Positions 1 to 9,956 of a stretch of DNA of 64,000 nt are shown piece by piece (the first letter of the stretch is position 1; the number at the start of each line of letters is the position of its first letter). Below the pieces are notes generated by a model that saw only the letters and a program-made list of their open reading frames with translations, had not been told where the DNA came from and did no database searches. The stretch comes from Thermoanaerobaculia bacterium (GTDB lineage: Bacteria > Acidobacteriota > Thermoanaerobaculia > UBA5066). The position numbers and the translations under genes were made by a program. The stretch spans positions 992,001-1,056,000 of the forward strand of contig CAVRAY010000001.1 of NCBI GenBank assembly GCA_963719225.1, given 5' to 3'.

Positions 1-758
1 GGGGCCAGGATCCAGCGGAACGGAGCCAGAAGGGCGAGCGGCGCAGGGCCGAACGGCCCGGTTCGAAGGGCAAAGACCAGGCCGCCGAGCGAAGGGGCCG
101 CCTTCCCGGGGTTGGGGGCGGCGGCGAAAAGGGCCGCGCCGAAAGTCACGGCGAGAAGTCCGAGACCGCCCGCCGAGACGGAAAACACCGCGATCTTCAT
201 CGCCCGTCGGCGAAACGGAGCAAGTTCGTTCCAGCGCGCCTTGATGAAGGCGAGGGCCAGGTTGTGGAAATGAATGGCCGTCAGGAGGAGCCACAGACCG
301 GCGCCGGTGAGAAGAGCGGCGCCGCTTCCGCGGCGAGAGGACACGATTGTCAGGATGAACGCGCTCAGGAGAAGGGGAAACTGCGCCTTGAGGAGAGAGA
401 AATGGAGGAGGGCGCTGCGGGAAACGGGCGCCGGAAACAGAAACTGGATCTCGGCCTCCGACAGTCCCAGCGACGGCGTGCCTTTCCGGAAGAGCCAGGA
501 AAGGAAAGCCAAAGCGGCGAGCAGCGCCGCGCCGGCGACAAGAAGGATCTCGTCCATGTGCCCCGGGAGGCGCGGAACCGGCGGCCGGCCGCCGCGCGAA
601 GGCCTCGCGAAAATCATCGCGAAGTACGCGGCACCCACGAGGAAGCCGACCATGTACCGAGGCTCGCGGAGGCGGCCGAGCTTTCTTCGGGTGGCGTTCG
701 CCAGCATCCTCCTTGCGGCGAAAGCGACGAGGGGCAGCAGGGAAGGAGCTGCGCTCAC
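1..758 (-). CDS. Putative ABC exporter membrane subunit (3' end runs off the window)
   Basis: GTG at 758 overlaps the ATPase stop (GTGA). Translation MSAAPSLLPLVAFAARRMLANATRRKLGRLREPRYMVGFLVGAAYF... is hydrophobic. Not in the ORF track because it is truncated by the window edge. Confidence 0.75.
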   Translation of the reverse strand, partial: MSAAPSLLPLVAFAARRMLANATRRKLGRLREPRYMVGFLVGAAYFAMIFARPSRGGRPPVPRLPGHMDEILLVAGAALLAALAFLSWLFRKGTPSLGLSEAEIQFLFPAPVSRSALLHFSLLKAQFPLLLSAFILTIVSSRRGSGAALLTGAGLWLLLTAIHFHNLALAFIKARWNELAPFRRRAMKIAVFSVSAGGLGLLAVTFGAALFAAAPNPGKAAPSLGGLVFALRTGPFGPAPLALLAPFRWILA

Positions 759-1474
759 GAACTGCCCGTGACGCGCAGGAAGATCTCCTCGAGGGACGCG
801 TCTCCTCCGGCGCCGGCCCGGATCTCGTCGAGCGTGCCGAAGAGCACGGCCTTGCCGCGCGAAAGGACGAGGACGCGCGAGCAGATCTCTTCGACCAGAG
901 GCAGGAGATGCGACGAGACGATGACCGAAGCTCCGGCCGCGGCCCGGCGCACGATCGTCTGTTTCATCTTCCGAATGCCGCCGGGATCGATGCCGGTCAA
1001 GGGCTCGTCGAAGATGAGGACTTCGGGGTCGTGGAGGAGACCGCAGGCCACGACGAGCTTCTGCTTCATGCCTCGGGACAGCTCCGCGGGCAGCGCCCGT
1101 TCCTTTCCCGCCAGCTCCAGCTCGTCGAGGAGCGCGCGTGCGCGTGCCCCGGCGTCCGCCCCAACGCCGTACAGGCGCGCGGTGAAGGCCAGGTGATCCT
1201 CGACGGTCAGGTACTCGAACAGGCGAGGCTCGTCCGGCATGAACGCGAGGCGCCGCCGCGCTTCCACGGGCTCGGCCGCGAGGTCGAACCCGGCGATCCG
1301 GATCGAACCGGCGTTCGGCGGGAGGATCCCCGCGAGACACCTGAGAGTCGTCGTCTTGCCGGCGCCGTTCGGGCCCACGAGCCCCAGGACCTCGCCTCGC
1401 GCAACCTCGAAGCTCAAGCCGTCCACGGCCGTGAGGTTCTGGTACGCCTTGACGAGGCCCTGGACGGAGATCAC
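755..1474 (-). CDS. ABC transporter ATP-binding protein
   Basis: Walker A GPNGAGKT, signature LSRGM, Walker B LIFDEP, H-loop SSH. Confidence 0.95.
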   Translation of the reverse strand: MISVQGLVKAYQNLTAVDGLSFEVARGEVLGLVGPNGAGKTTTLRCLAGILPPNAGSIRIAGFDLAAEPVEARRRLAFMPDEPRLFEYLTVEDHLAFTARLYGVGADAGARARALLDELELAGKERALPAELSRGMKQKLVVACGLLHDPEVLIFDEPLTGIDPGGIRKMKQTIVRRAAAGASVIVSSHLLPLVEEICSRVLVLSRGKAVLFGTLDEIRAGAGGDASLEEIFLRVTGSS

Positions 1475-1538
1475 GGGCGAAGTCTCGCACGGGCTCGCCG
1501 CGCGGCGCCGCCGGCCCGCGCGCTAGACTCGACGGCAC

Positions 1539-2711
1539 ATGCCCCGTCTCACCCTCCAGACCGCCGGCGAGTCTCACGGCCCGCTCCTGACGGGTCTCGT
1601 CACCGGCCTCCCGGCCGGGCTGAGGATCGACGTCGCCGCAGTGAACGGGGACCTCGCGCGGCGCCAGCACGGGTACGGCCGCGGCGGCCGGATGAAGATC
1701 GAGAAGGACGAAGCGCGATTCACCGGCGGTCTCCGCGGCGGAGAAACGCTCGGCGGACCGATCGCCTTCGAGATCGCGAACCGCGACTACGCCGTGTGGG
1801 AAAAAGTCATGGGGCCGATCGAGGTCGACGTCGAGGCCGCGGGGAAGCGGAAGCTCACGTCGCCCCGTCCCGGCCACGCGGACCTCGCCGGCGGGCTGAA
1901 GTACGGGCGGCGCGACCTGCGTGACATCCTCGAGCGCGCGAGCGCCCGCGAGTCCGCGGGGCGCGTCGCCGCCGGCGCTCTCTGCCGCCAGCTCCTTCTC
2001 GCACTCGAAATCCACGTGCGGAGCGGCGTGCTGTCGATCGGGGACGTCGCGGTGCCGGAAGGCCCGCGTGCGTACGAGGACCTCGAGAACGTCGACGAGG
2101 CGTCGCTCTTCCGGCTCGTGGACCGCAGCGTCGAGGCGGCCATGAAGGATGCGGTCGACGCCGCCGCAAAGGCCGGCGACACGCTCGGCGGGACGATTCT
2201 CGTCGGCGCCCGCGGCGTGCCGGCGGGCCTCGGGTCCCACGTGTCCTGGGAAGAGAAGCTGGACGGGCGCATCGCGCGCGCTCTCATGTCGATTCCCTCC
2301 GTCAAAGCGGTCTCTCTGGGCGAGGGCGTCGCGAACGCTTTCCGCCGCGGGTCGGCCGCGCACGATCCGATCGCCTACGAGGCCGCGCGCGGCTTCTCCC
2401 GTACCTCGAACCGCGCCGGCGGCCTCGAGGGCGGCATCACGAACGGCGAGGACGTCCTCGCCACGCTCTACCAGAAGCCCATCTCCACCCTTCGCGACGG
2501 CCTTCCGTCCGTGGACATCGAGACGAAGGAGTCACATCGGGCGCAATACGAGCGGTCGGACGTGACCGCCGTGCCCGCATGCGGCGTCATCGGGGAGGCG
2601 ATGCTCGCGTTCGTCCTCGCGGACGCTCTCCTGGAAAAAACGGGCGGCGATTCGATGGAGGAAGTGACGCGGAACTACGAAGGGTTCGTGCGCGCCCAGA
2701 GGCTCTACTGA
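1539..2711 (+). CDS. aroC: Chorismate synthase
   Basis: TAGESHG, RPGHAD, ERASARE, GGLEGG and ERSD motifs. Confidence 0.97.
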   Translation: MPRLTLQTAGESHGPLLTGLVTGLPAGLRIDVAAVNGDLARRQHGYGRGGRMKIEKDEARFTGGLRGGETLGGPIAFEIANRDYAVWEKVMGPIEVDVEAAGKRKLTSPRPGHADLAGGLKYGRRDLRDILERASARESAGRVAAGALCRQLLLALEIHVRSGVLSIGDVAVPEGPRAYEDLENVDEASLFRLVDRSVEAAMKDAVDAAAKAGDTLGGTILVGARGVPAGLGSHVSWEEKLDGRIARALMSIPSVKAVSLGEGVANAFRRGSAAHDPIAYEAARGFSRTSNRAGGLEGGITNGEDVLATLYQKPISTLRDGLPSVDIETKESHRAQYERSDVTAVPACGVIGEAMLAFVLADALLEKTGGDSMEEVTRNYEGFVRAQRLY

Positions 2712-4351
2712 TGGGTTCGAGATCCGGGCCGCAGAAACCGCGTCCCGTCTCCCGTCGCGGCATCACGGTCCTCGTGGCCGTCTTTCTCGTCGTCATCTCG
2801 GTCCTCGTCGTCCTCGCGGCGGTGGGCCTCGAGGTCCTCACGAGCGTGCGCGCCTACGTCGGCGGAGAGGGGCTCTGGTCGAAGGCCGAGAAGGACGCAT
2901 CTTCCGCGCTCTTGCGCTACATCGCGGAAGGGAACGAGGCTTACCGCCGGGAGTTCCTCAGACAGCTCGCGGTGCCGCTGGGCGACCGTCGCGCCCGGGA
3001 GGAGCTGGAGCGTCCCCGACCGGACCTCACGATCGCCCGAGCGGGATTTCTCCAGGGACGGAACCATCCGGCGGACGTGGACGGGATGTCGCGGCTCTTC
3101 ATCCGGTTCCGCCGCGTCGAGAAGCTCGACCGGACCATCGCGATCTGGCAGCGGGGAGACGTTCTCATCGCACAGCTCGCGAAGGTCGGAGAAGACGTCC
3201 ACGCCCGCGCGTCCTTGGGCCCGTTGACGGAGGAGGAGCGTCAGGCCTTCCTGAAAGAGGTCGAGCTCATCGACGGGCAGGTCACGATCCTCGAGGACGC
3301 GTTCTCCGCCACGCTCGGCGAAGCCGCCCGGTGGGTGCGGGATGCCCTCAAGAGGGCGATGCTCGCGATGACGGTTCTCCTCGTGGGCGTGGCGCTCCTG
3401 GCCTCGGTCCGCATCGGGAGGTTCCTGCACCTCCAGGAAGACTCGCTCCGGGGCTCGGAAACGCGGTACCGGCAGGCCTTCGAGGAGAACCTCGCCGGCA
3501 TGTACCGCACGACCTCCGAGGGCCTGATCATCGAATGCAACGCGGCGTTCGCCCGCATCCTGGGCCACGCGTCGCCGGACGAGCTGAGAGGGTTCGGCTT
3601 TTTCGACCTCTGTTTCGATCCGGTCGAAGGCGCCGCCCTGAAGGACCGCGTGAGCGAGCGACGCATGCTCGTCAACCACGAAATCTGCCTTCGCCGGTCG
3701 GACGACACTCCGGTGTGGGTCGTCGTGAACGAGAACGCCCTCGAGAGCGACAGCGGGCTCGCCGTGAAGGAAGGCAGCCTCGTCGACATCACGGACCGCC
3801 GCCAGGGCGAGGAGAGAAGCCGCTTTCAGGCGTCGCACGACCCCTTGACGGGGCTTCCGAACCGCCTCCTGTTCTCGGATCGGCTTTCCCTCGCCATCCT
3901 GCACGCGCAGCGCCACCGGGAGCGGCTGGCGGTGATGTTCCTGGACATCGATCACTTCAAGAAGATCAACGACAGGCTCGGCCACGCGGCGGGCGACGAG
4001 GTTCTCGTCAAGGTCGGCGAGCGCCTGCGGTCCTGCCTGCGCGGGAACGATACGGTCGCGCGGCTCGGGGGCGACGAGTTCCTCTTCCTCGTGTCCGACG
4101 TGACGAAGGAGGGCGACGTCGCCTCCCTTGCACGCAAGATTCTCGCGGTCGTGTCCGAGCCGTTGACCATCGCCGGCCGGGAGATCCAGGTCACGGCGAG
4201 TCTCGGCGTCGGGATCTATCCGAACGATGGAGCCGAGAGCGAGGCGCTCGTCTCCAACGTCGACGCCGCGATGTATCGCGCCAAGGAAAAGGGACGGAAC
4301 AACTTCCAGTTCTTCACGAGACCGGCCGCGGAGGCCGGAGGCTCCCGCTAG
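2711..4351 (+). CDS. Membrane-bound diguanylate cyclase (2 TM, extracytoplasmic sensor, PAS, GGDEF)
   Basis: ATG overlaps the aroC stop. DPLTGLPNR, DIDHFK, and RGND...GGDEF (I-site and active site intact). Confidence 0.92.
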   Translation: MGSRSGPQKPRPVSRRGITVLVAVFLVVISVLVVLAAVGLEVLTSVRAYVGGEGLWSKAEKDASSALLRYIAEGNEAYRREFLRQLAVPLGDRRAREELERPRPDLTIARAGFLQGRNHPADVDGMSRLFIRFRRVEKLDRTIAIWQRGDVLIAQLAKVGEDVHARASLGPLTEEERQAFLKEVELIDGQVTILEDAFSATLGEAARWVRDALKRAMLAMTVLLVGVALLASVRIGRFLHLQEDSLRGSETRYRQAFEENLAGMYRTTSEGLIIECNAAFARILGHASPDELRGFGFFDLCFDPVEGAALKDRVSERRMLVNHEICLRRSDDTPVWVVVNENALESDSGLAVKEGSLVDITDRRQGEERSRFQASHDPLTGLPNRLLFSDRLSLAILHAQRHRERLAVMFLDIDHFKKINDRLGHAAGDEVLVKVGERLRSCLRGNDTVARLGGDEFLFLVSDVTKEGDVASLARKILAVVSEPLTIAGREIQVTASLGVGIYPNDGAESEALVSNVDAAMYRAKEKGRNNFQFFTRPAAEAGGSR

Positions 4352-4352
4352 C

Positions 4353-5504
4353 GTGCCGGGCGTCCTCGACTTCGACGTCGAGTTCCCGTCGCGAAGGACC
4401 GCGATCCAGTTCAACCACGCCGCCATCTGTCCGCTTCCCGCCCGCGCGGCCGCGGCGCTGGTCGCGTACGCGCGCAATCTGGCCGATCGCGGAGGCCTCG
4501 ACTGGCGCGACTGGCCGAGGAAGGCCGACGAGGTACGCGCGCTCGCGGCGCGCGTCGTCGGCGCGGACGAGCGGGTCGGAGGAGCGGGGTCGATCTCGAT
4601 CGTGCCGAACACGACGTGGGGCCTCGACATCGTGGCGCAGGGGCTCGCGTTCGAACGCGGTGACTCGGTCGTCACGACGGCGTCGGAGTTCCCCGCCAAT
4701 CTCGCGCCGTGGATCGCGCTGGAGACGAAGGGCGTCTCGGTGCGCCGCGCTCCGACGCGGAACGGAGCGTTCACGGCGGAGGAGGTGGCGGCCGCCTGCG
4801 ACGAGACCACGAGGCTCGTCTCCGTCTCGCTCGTCGCGTATCACACGGGTTTCCGGGCTCCCGTCGAAGAGCTCGGAGCCTTCTGCCGTTCGCGCGGCAT
4901 CGTGTTCGGCCTCGACGCGATCCAGGCCGTGGGCGCCCAGCGCGTGGACGTCGCGGAGTGGAACGTGGATTTCCTGTCCGCGGACGCGCACAAGTGGATG
5001 CTCGGGCCGGAGGGCTGCGGCATCCTCTTCACGACTCCGGATCTCAACGCGCGTCTCACCCCTCCGGCCGGGTGGACGAACCTCAAGCGCGCGCACGGGG
5101 CGGACTTTCACGTTCCCGGAAAGCCGGAGTACGTCAGCGGCGGGCCCCGGTTCGAGCCGGGCGCGCTTCCGACGCCGGGCCTGTACGCGCTCGCCGCATC
5201 GCTCGGGCTTCTCCTCGAGATTGGCTTTCCCGAGATCGAGCGCCGGATCGCGAAGACGCTCGAGGTTCTCGTCGAAGGACTCCCGCGCCTCGGCTTCACG
5301 CCGATTCTCTTCGGCGGACCCCCGCGCTCGGGCATCCTCGCGGCGCGGCCGCCGGCCGGGAAGGACGCGTACTACTACCAGAAGCGCGCCGCCGACGAAA
5401 GGATCGTGATCTCGGCGCGCGAAGGCTTCGTGCGCTTTTCGCCCCACGTCGGCAACGACGAAGAGGAAGCCGGGCGCGTCCTCGCGCTGCTGAAGAGGCT
5501 CTAG
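4353..5504 (+). CDS. Class V PLP-dependent aminotransferase (cysteine desulfurase/selenocysteine lyase-like)
   Basis: NHAA, DAIQ, ADAHKW (PLP lysine) and RFSPH motifs. GTG 2 nt after the upstream stop. Confidence 0.9.
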   Translation: MPGVLDFDVEFPSRRTAIQFNHAAICPLPARAAAALVAYARNLADRGGLDWRDWPRKADEVRALAARVVGADERVGGAGSISIVPNTTWGLDIVAQGLAFERGDSVVTTASEFPANLAPWIALETKGVSVRRAPTRNGAFTAEEVAAACDETTRLVSVSLVAYHTGFRAPVEELGAFCRSRGIVFGLDAIQAVGAQRVDVAEWNVDFLSADAHKWMLGPEGCGILFTTPDLNARLTPPAGWTNLKRAHGADFHVPGKPEYVSGGPRFEPGALPTPGLYALAASLGLLLEIGFPEIERRIAKTLEVLVEGLPRLGFTPILFGGPPRSGILAARPPAGKDAYYYQKRAADERIVISAREGFVRFSPHVGNDEEEAGRVLALLKRL

Positions 5505-5505
5505 C

Positions 5506-6972
5506 TTGAAGCGACCTTCCGGGCCGGGGTTTGCCGCGGCGGCGCTCGGCGTGGTTTTCCTCTCCTACACCGTGGTCCGTGCGGTGCGCGTGCCGCTCAC
5601 GTGTGACGAAGCCTTCACGGGGAACCACTGGGTGGACCGGGGTCCGCTCGCAGCCCTGACGTTCGATGGTCCCGTGCGGTCGAACAATCATCTCCTCAAC
5701 TCACTCCTTTCGACGGTTTCCCAAGCGGTCTTCGGGCGGACCCCGTTCGCGCTGCGTCTTCCGAACCTGATCGCGCACGCGGTCTTTCTGTTCGCGTCCT
5801 GGCGCCTCCTGTCGCGCGTCGCGGGAGGGGGCGTGGCCCTCGCCGCATTCGCCCTTCTGAACGGAAACCCCCTTCTTCTCGAGCTCTTCGGCCTCGCGCG
5901 CGGATACGGGCTCGCCCTCGGTTTCGTGGCGCCCGCTCTCTCGTATGCCGTGCGCGCGTTCGAGGCCGAGGAGATTCCTTTGCGGGAAGAAGCCGCGTGT
6001 TACGGGCTTCTCGTCAGCGGTGTTCTGGCCCAACTCATCGTCCTCGACGTGTTCGTGGCCGTCGCCGCGACGTTCGCCGTGTCGAGGTTCGTCCGGCTCA
6101 GCCGGTTCCGGGCGGAGGGGCGGCTGCGTCGGGCCGCGCGGGAGAGCATCCCGGTCGTTGCCGCCTCGCTCTTTCTCCTCGCGACGGCGATGCCCATCAT
6201 CGTGTACCTGCGGCGCTCCGGCGCGCTCGACTTCGGAGGAACCGTCGGGCTCTGGTACGACACGGCCGGCTCCGTCGTCCGGATCTCGATGCTCAACCTC
6301 TCTCCTTCGTTCGTCCGGGCGACGCTCGCCGCGTTGGGGACGGCTCTTGCCGCGCTCACGGCCCTCGCGGCATTCCGGCTCGTTCGCCCGAAGGCCGGGG
6401 GACGCGTTTTTCTCGGACTCTTTTCGATCCTCGTCAGCGCGGGCGCGGCCGTTCAGGCCCAGCACGTCGTCTTCGGCGCGAGATTCCCCGAGAACCGCAT
6501 CGCGATCGTCTTCCTGCCGCTCTTCGTTTTCGTTGCGGCCGCCGCCTGCGGTGCGGCCCCGTCTCCGCTCGATCGCGTTGCCGGATCGGCCCTGGGGGTT
6601 GCGGGCCTGTTGGCTCTCGCCTTGTTCGCGCGGCGCGCGAATCTTTCGCATTCGGATCTCTGGTGGTTCGACGCGGATAACGTCCGCATGCTCGAAGACC
6701 TCGACCGGCTGCGGCTGAGCCGTCCCGGCGCGTTCCATTCCGTGCGCCTTTCCGCCACCGATTCCATGGAGCCTTCGCTCAACTGGTACCGGAAGACGGA
6801 CGAGTTCGGGTTCCTCGCGCCGGTCTCGCACGACGGTCCGTTCCGGGCCGCGGACTACACGTTCGTCTTCGGCCAGGAGGAGGGCGAGGCCGTCCGTCGC
6901 GGATATCGCGTTCTCGCGCGATATCCGGGGACCGGAAACGTCCTCCTCGAGCCCCCGCCGTCAGCGCGTTGA
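5506..6972 (+). CDS. Polytopic membrane protein, GT-C/PMT-like glycosyltransferase
   Basis: N-terminal TM followed by DEA, NNHLLNS, LRLP and ARGY motifs. About 12 hydrophobic segments. Confidence 0.7.
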   Translation: MKRPSGPGFAAAALGVVFLSYTVVRAVRVPLTCDEAFTGNHWVDRGPLAALTFDGPVRSNNHLLNSLLSTVSQAVFGRTPFALRLPNLIAHAVFLFASWRLLSRVAGGGVALAAFALLNGNPLLLELFGLARGYGLALGFVAPALSYAVRAFEAEEIPLREEAACYGLLVSGVLAQLIVLDVFVAVAATFAVSRFVRLSRFRAEGRLRRAARESIPVVAASLFLLATAMPIIVYLRRSGALDFGGTVGLWYDTAGSVVRISMLNLSPSFVRATLAALGTALAALTALAAFRLVRPKAGGRVFLGLFSILVSAGAAVQAQHVVFGARFPENRIAIVFLPLFVFVAAAACGAAPSPLDRVAGSALGVAGLLALALFARRANLSHSDLWWFDADNVRMLEDLDRLRLSRPGAFHSVRLSATDSMEPSLNWYRKTDEFGFLAPVSHDGPFRAADYTFVFGQEEGEAVRRGYRVLARYPGTGNVLLEPPPSAR

Positions 6973-7950
6973 GATCGGGAGCGGGGGCAGCTCGGGGGTC
7001 GTCGGACCCGGGCGGAAGGCGGCCGCCCCGATCCAGTCCACGTCGAGGATGAAGATCCGGGGATCCCTGGGCACCCAGCGCTCGTTCGCGAGGCGGTGCA
7101 CCTCGTAATGGAGACGTGGTGTCAGGGCGAAGCCCGTCATGCCGACGCGGCCAATCGAACCTCCACGCGCCACGCGCTCGCCCTTCCTGACGAGCGGCGC
7201 GGCGAGGTGACCGTACAGCGTGCGCGTGCGGGCGTCATGGGCCAGAACGACGATCGTTCCGAGGCGCCGCCAGGTGGCGTCCGCGTGCCTTGAAACGGGA
7301 CCCGCGTAAACGACGAGACCCGCGGCGGGCGCCGTGACCCTCGTTCCCGCGGGCGACGCGAGCGTCAGTCCCGCGCAGAACTCGTCCCGGCGCGTGACCT
7401 CGGATGCGTGCCAGCCGAACAGCTCGATCGGTACCGACGAAGAGGGCTCGACCGGGGACCGCGAAGGCACGGAGAGCAGGTCGAAGCCGGAAGGATGGGA
7501 GCCCGGCAAGGCGGCGAGACGCCGCCGGAACGATTCGAAGATTCGGGCTCGCCGGGCGAGGTCCGCGGCCTCCGACTCCATCGCCGCGGGATTGCGGGGA
7601 ACCGCCTCCCGGGCTTCCGCGGGAAAACCATTGGGCAGCGGGACTTCGAGGATCGCTCCGACCCGCGCGAGGAAGAGCTCGTCCGTCGCGAGACGGTTGC
7701 CGAGCGCGAGAGCGCGGCGGCCGACGGACGCGAACGATTCGGCGCCCCGCTGGGCGGTCTCGCGGATCGCGCGGCGGTCGGCGGCATTCACCGCGTCCGA
7801 CACGACGTGAGGGGCAGCCGCCAGACCGAACACGACCGAAGCTCCGCTCGCAAGGAGGAATCCCGCGAAGGCGGCGCCGCCGAACGCGCCGATCTCGAGA
7901 GAGCGGCTCTTTTTTCCCGGATCGCCCGGGTGGAGGCGCAGGAGGCTCAT
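6961..7950 (-). CDS. M23 family metallopeptidase-like protein
   Basis: C-terminal TLYGHL...GRVGMTG..TPRLHYEV. ATG at 7950 overlaps the upstream stop. The HxxxD and HxH zinc ligands look degenerate (FCAGLTL, RLH). Confidence 0.8.
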   Translation of the reverse strand: MSLLRLHPGDPGKKSRSLEIGAFGGAAFAGFLLASGASVVFGLAAAPHVVSDAVNAADRRAIRETAQRGAESFASVGRRALALGNRLATDELFLARVGAILEVPLPNGFPAEAREAVPRNPAAMESEAADLARRARIFESFRRRLAALPGSHPSGFDLLSVPSRSPVEPSSSVPIELFGWHASEVTRRDEFCAGLTLASPAGTRVTAPAAGLVVYAGPVSRHADATWRRLGTIVVLAHDARTRTLYGHLAAPLVRKGERVARGGSIGRVGMTGFALTPRLHYEVHRLANERWVPRDPRIFILDVDWIGAAAFRPGPTTPELPPLPISTR

Positions 7951-9956
7951 GGGCCCGCGGGCAGCACGGTGGGACCGCTCCCGACCTGGACGCCGAGAAG
8001 GCGGGTGTCCTGGCGTGACGTCGGGCGGAAGGGATCTTCGGCGCGGATTCGAAGGATGCCGCGCCTTCCGGGGGAGACCTTGAGCTCGATCTGCTTCCAC
8101 TGGCCCGAAGGCAGCGACACGCGCCCGCGCGGCGTGTCGTCGAAGAAGACCTCGAGGACCGCGGGACGACCGTCGGGTCGGGCGTTCCGGACGGGGAGTG
8201 CGAGCACGATCGGATCCGATCCGTCGACGGGCGCGGGCCGTTCGATGGCCCATGCCGCGGAGGCGCCGGTCCATCGGAAAGGTCGGCCGTCCGAACCAGG
8301 CTCGGCGTCGTAGACGCCGGCGGTCGTGGAATTCCGGAACGCGTCCTCCGCGGTCCGGGTATCCCAGGCTCGCGCGAGGGCTCCCCCGATCGCGCAAACG
8401 AGCGCGCCCGCGAGGACGACCGGTACGACGGCGACGAGGAACCGTCCCGTATGGCCTTCCTCGCGGAGCGGCAGCCGGGCCGTGAGCAGCCCGACGAGAG
8501 CGGCGATCTCGGTATAGACGAGATGCGAACCGAACAGGAACACGACCCCGAGCCCGATCATCGACGCCGCGGCTGCGGCGCGCAACACGGTTTCGTCGTC
8601 GTGGAAGTCGCCCTCGAGCGTGAGAGCGCGGCCCGTGGAGCGCACGACGCCGAGCAGGAGAAGCGCGAGCAGCGACGCGCCGGCGAGGCCGGATTCCGCG
8701 AGCGTTCCGAGGTAAAGGGACGGCGGGTGGTCGCTCGTGTGCACGACGCGGCCGAGCGCCTTCCAGGCGACATCGGGAAACACCCAGCGGAACGCGCCCA
8801 GTCCGACGCCCGTGACGGGGTGCTCCCGAAAGGCCTCCCACGCCCCTTCGTAGAGGAGAAGACGTCCCCGTGTCTCCTCGAACGGCGTCGGCTGTGTCCG
8901 GAACGGGGCCTCGAGCCGGGCGAGGAGCGCCGAACGGACGGCTCCGCGATTCGGCCACGAGAGCGCGGCCGCCAGCACGAGCGCCGAGAGGATGGCCAGA
9001 GCTCCGATCGTGCCGGCCACGCGCCGGCGAGCGCCCCCGCTTTCGCCCGCGGCGAGACGCGTGAGTCCCCACAGCACGAAGACGAGAGTCGCCGTGACGG
9101 TCCCCACGAGCCCGGCCCGCGAGCCCGCGTCCGCGAGGACGACGAGGAGCGAGGCGCCCGCTGCGGACGCGAGGAGCCTCCGCGCGACGCTGCCGGTGGC
9201 CGCGAGGGCGAGGAGAGGGACGATCAGGAGCGCGACGGCGACGCCCGCCGCCGAGGGGTCCGTAAACGTGCTCTGCGCACGGTGCCAGTCGGCCCATCTC
9301 CGGGAGCGGAGGAGCGGCAGAGCGCCCGTCTTCTGAAGGAGAGCCACTCCGCCCGCGAGGAGGGCGCTCGCGAGGAGGGCACGATCCAGAACGGCGGAAC
9401 TCGCCTCCGCGACGAACCGGGCGGCGATCCGGTGCATGCCCACGGCGACGAGCAGCGGAAGCAGGGCGGCGAGGACACCCGGAAGAACCTGGCTCGCGTC
9501 TTCGCCGAGAACGTTGACCGCGAAGGGCGGCCCGATGCCGCGGACGAGGAGATAGCTCGTGCGAAGCCCGACGAAGGCCGCTGCGCCGGAGACCGCCGAG
9601 ACGGCTGCGAACGCGCGAAGGGGCAGGAGCAGAGCCGGGCGCCTGACCGGACGGTGGATGTCGTAGAGGTCCTTCAGACTCGCTCCGGCGAAATAACCGA
9701 AGAGGACGAGGGGCGTTGCGGCCAGGGGCTCGTTCGTGCCGAAAGCGAGGGCAGAGACGCCGCCGAGCGTCGCTGCCGAAAACGCGAGGACGAAAGCGGC
9801 CTTCGGCGCCGCGAGCGCCGTGCCGAAGAGGACGAGCGCCGTGAGGGCCACCGCCGTCCGATAGCCCGCCAGGGGCGGCAGGAGGACCGGAAAAGTGAAG
9901 GCCAAGAGAGCGGCCCAGCCGAGGCAGCCCAGCAGCGCGGCCGCCGGCCGGCTCAT
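7947..9956 (-). CDS. O-antigen ligase (Wzy_C) family membrane protein
   Basis: RAQSTFTDP, GSRAG, PVTGVGLGAF and HPPSLYLGTLAESGLAG motifs. ATG at 9956 overlaps the upstream stop. Confidence 0.85.
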   Translation of the reverse strand: MSRPAAALLGCLGWAALLAFTFPVLLPPLAGYRTAVALTALVLFGTALAAPKAAFVLAFSAATLGGVSALAFGTNEPLAATPLVLFGYFAGASLKDLYDIHRPVRRPALLLPLRAFAAVSAVSGAAAFVGLRTSYLLVRGIGPPFAVNVLGEDASQVLPGVLAALLPLLVAVGMHRIAARFVAEASSAVLDRALLASALLAGGVALLQKTGALPLLRSRRWADWHRAQSTFTDPSAAGVAVALLIVPLLALAATGSVARRLLASAAGASLLVVLADAGSRAGLVGTVTATLVFVLWGLTRLAAGESGGARRRVAGTIGALAILSALVLAAALSWPNRGAVRSALLARLEAPFRTQPTPFEETRGRLLLYEGAWEAFREHPVTGVGLGAFRWVFPDVAWKALGRVVHTSDHPPSLYLGTLAESGLAGASLLALLLLGVVRSTGRALTLEGDFHDDETVLRAAAAASMIGLGVVFLFGSHLVYTEIAALVGLLTARLPLREEGHTGRFLVAVVPVVLAGALVCAIGGALARAWDTRTAEDAFRNSTTAGVYDAEPGSDGRPFRWTGASAAWAIERPAPVDGSDPIVLALPVRNARPDGRPAVLEVFFDDTPRGRVSLPSGQWKQIELKVSPGRRGILRIRAEDPFRPTSRQDTRLLGVQVGSGPTVLPAGP

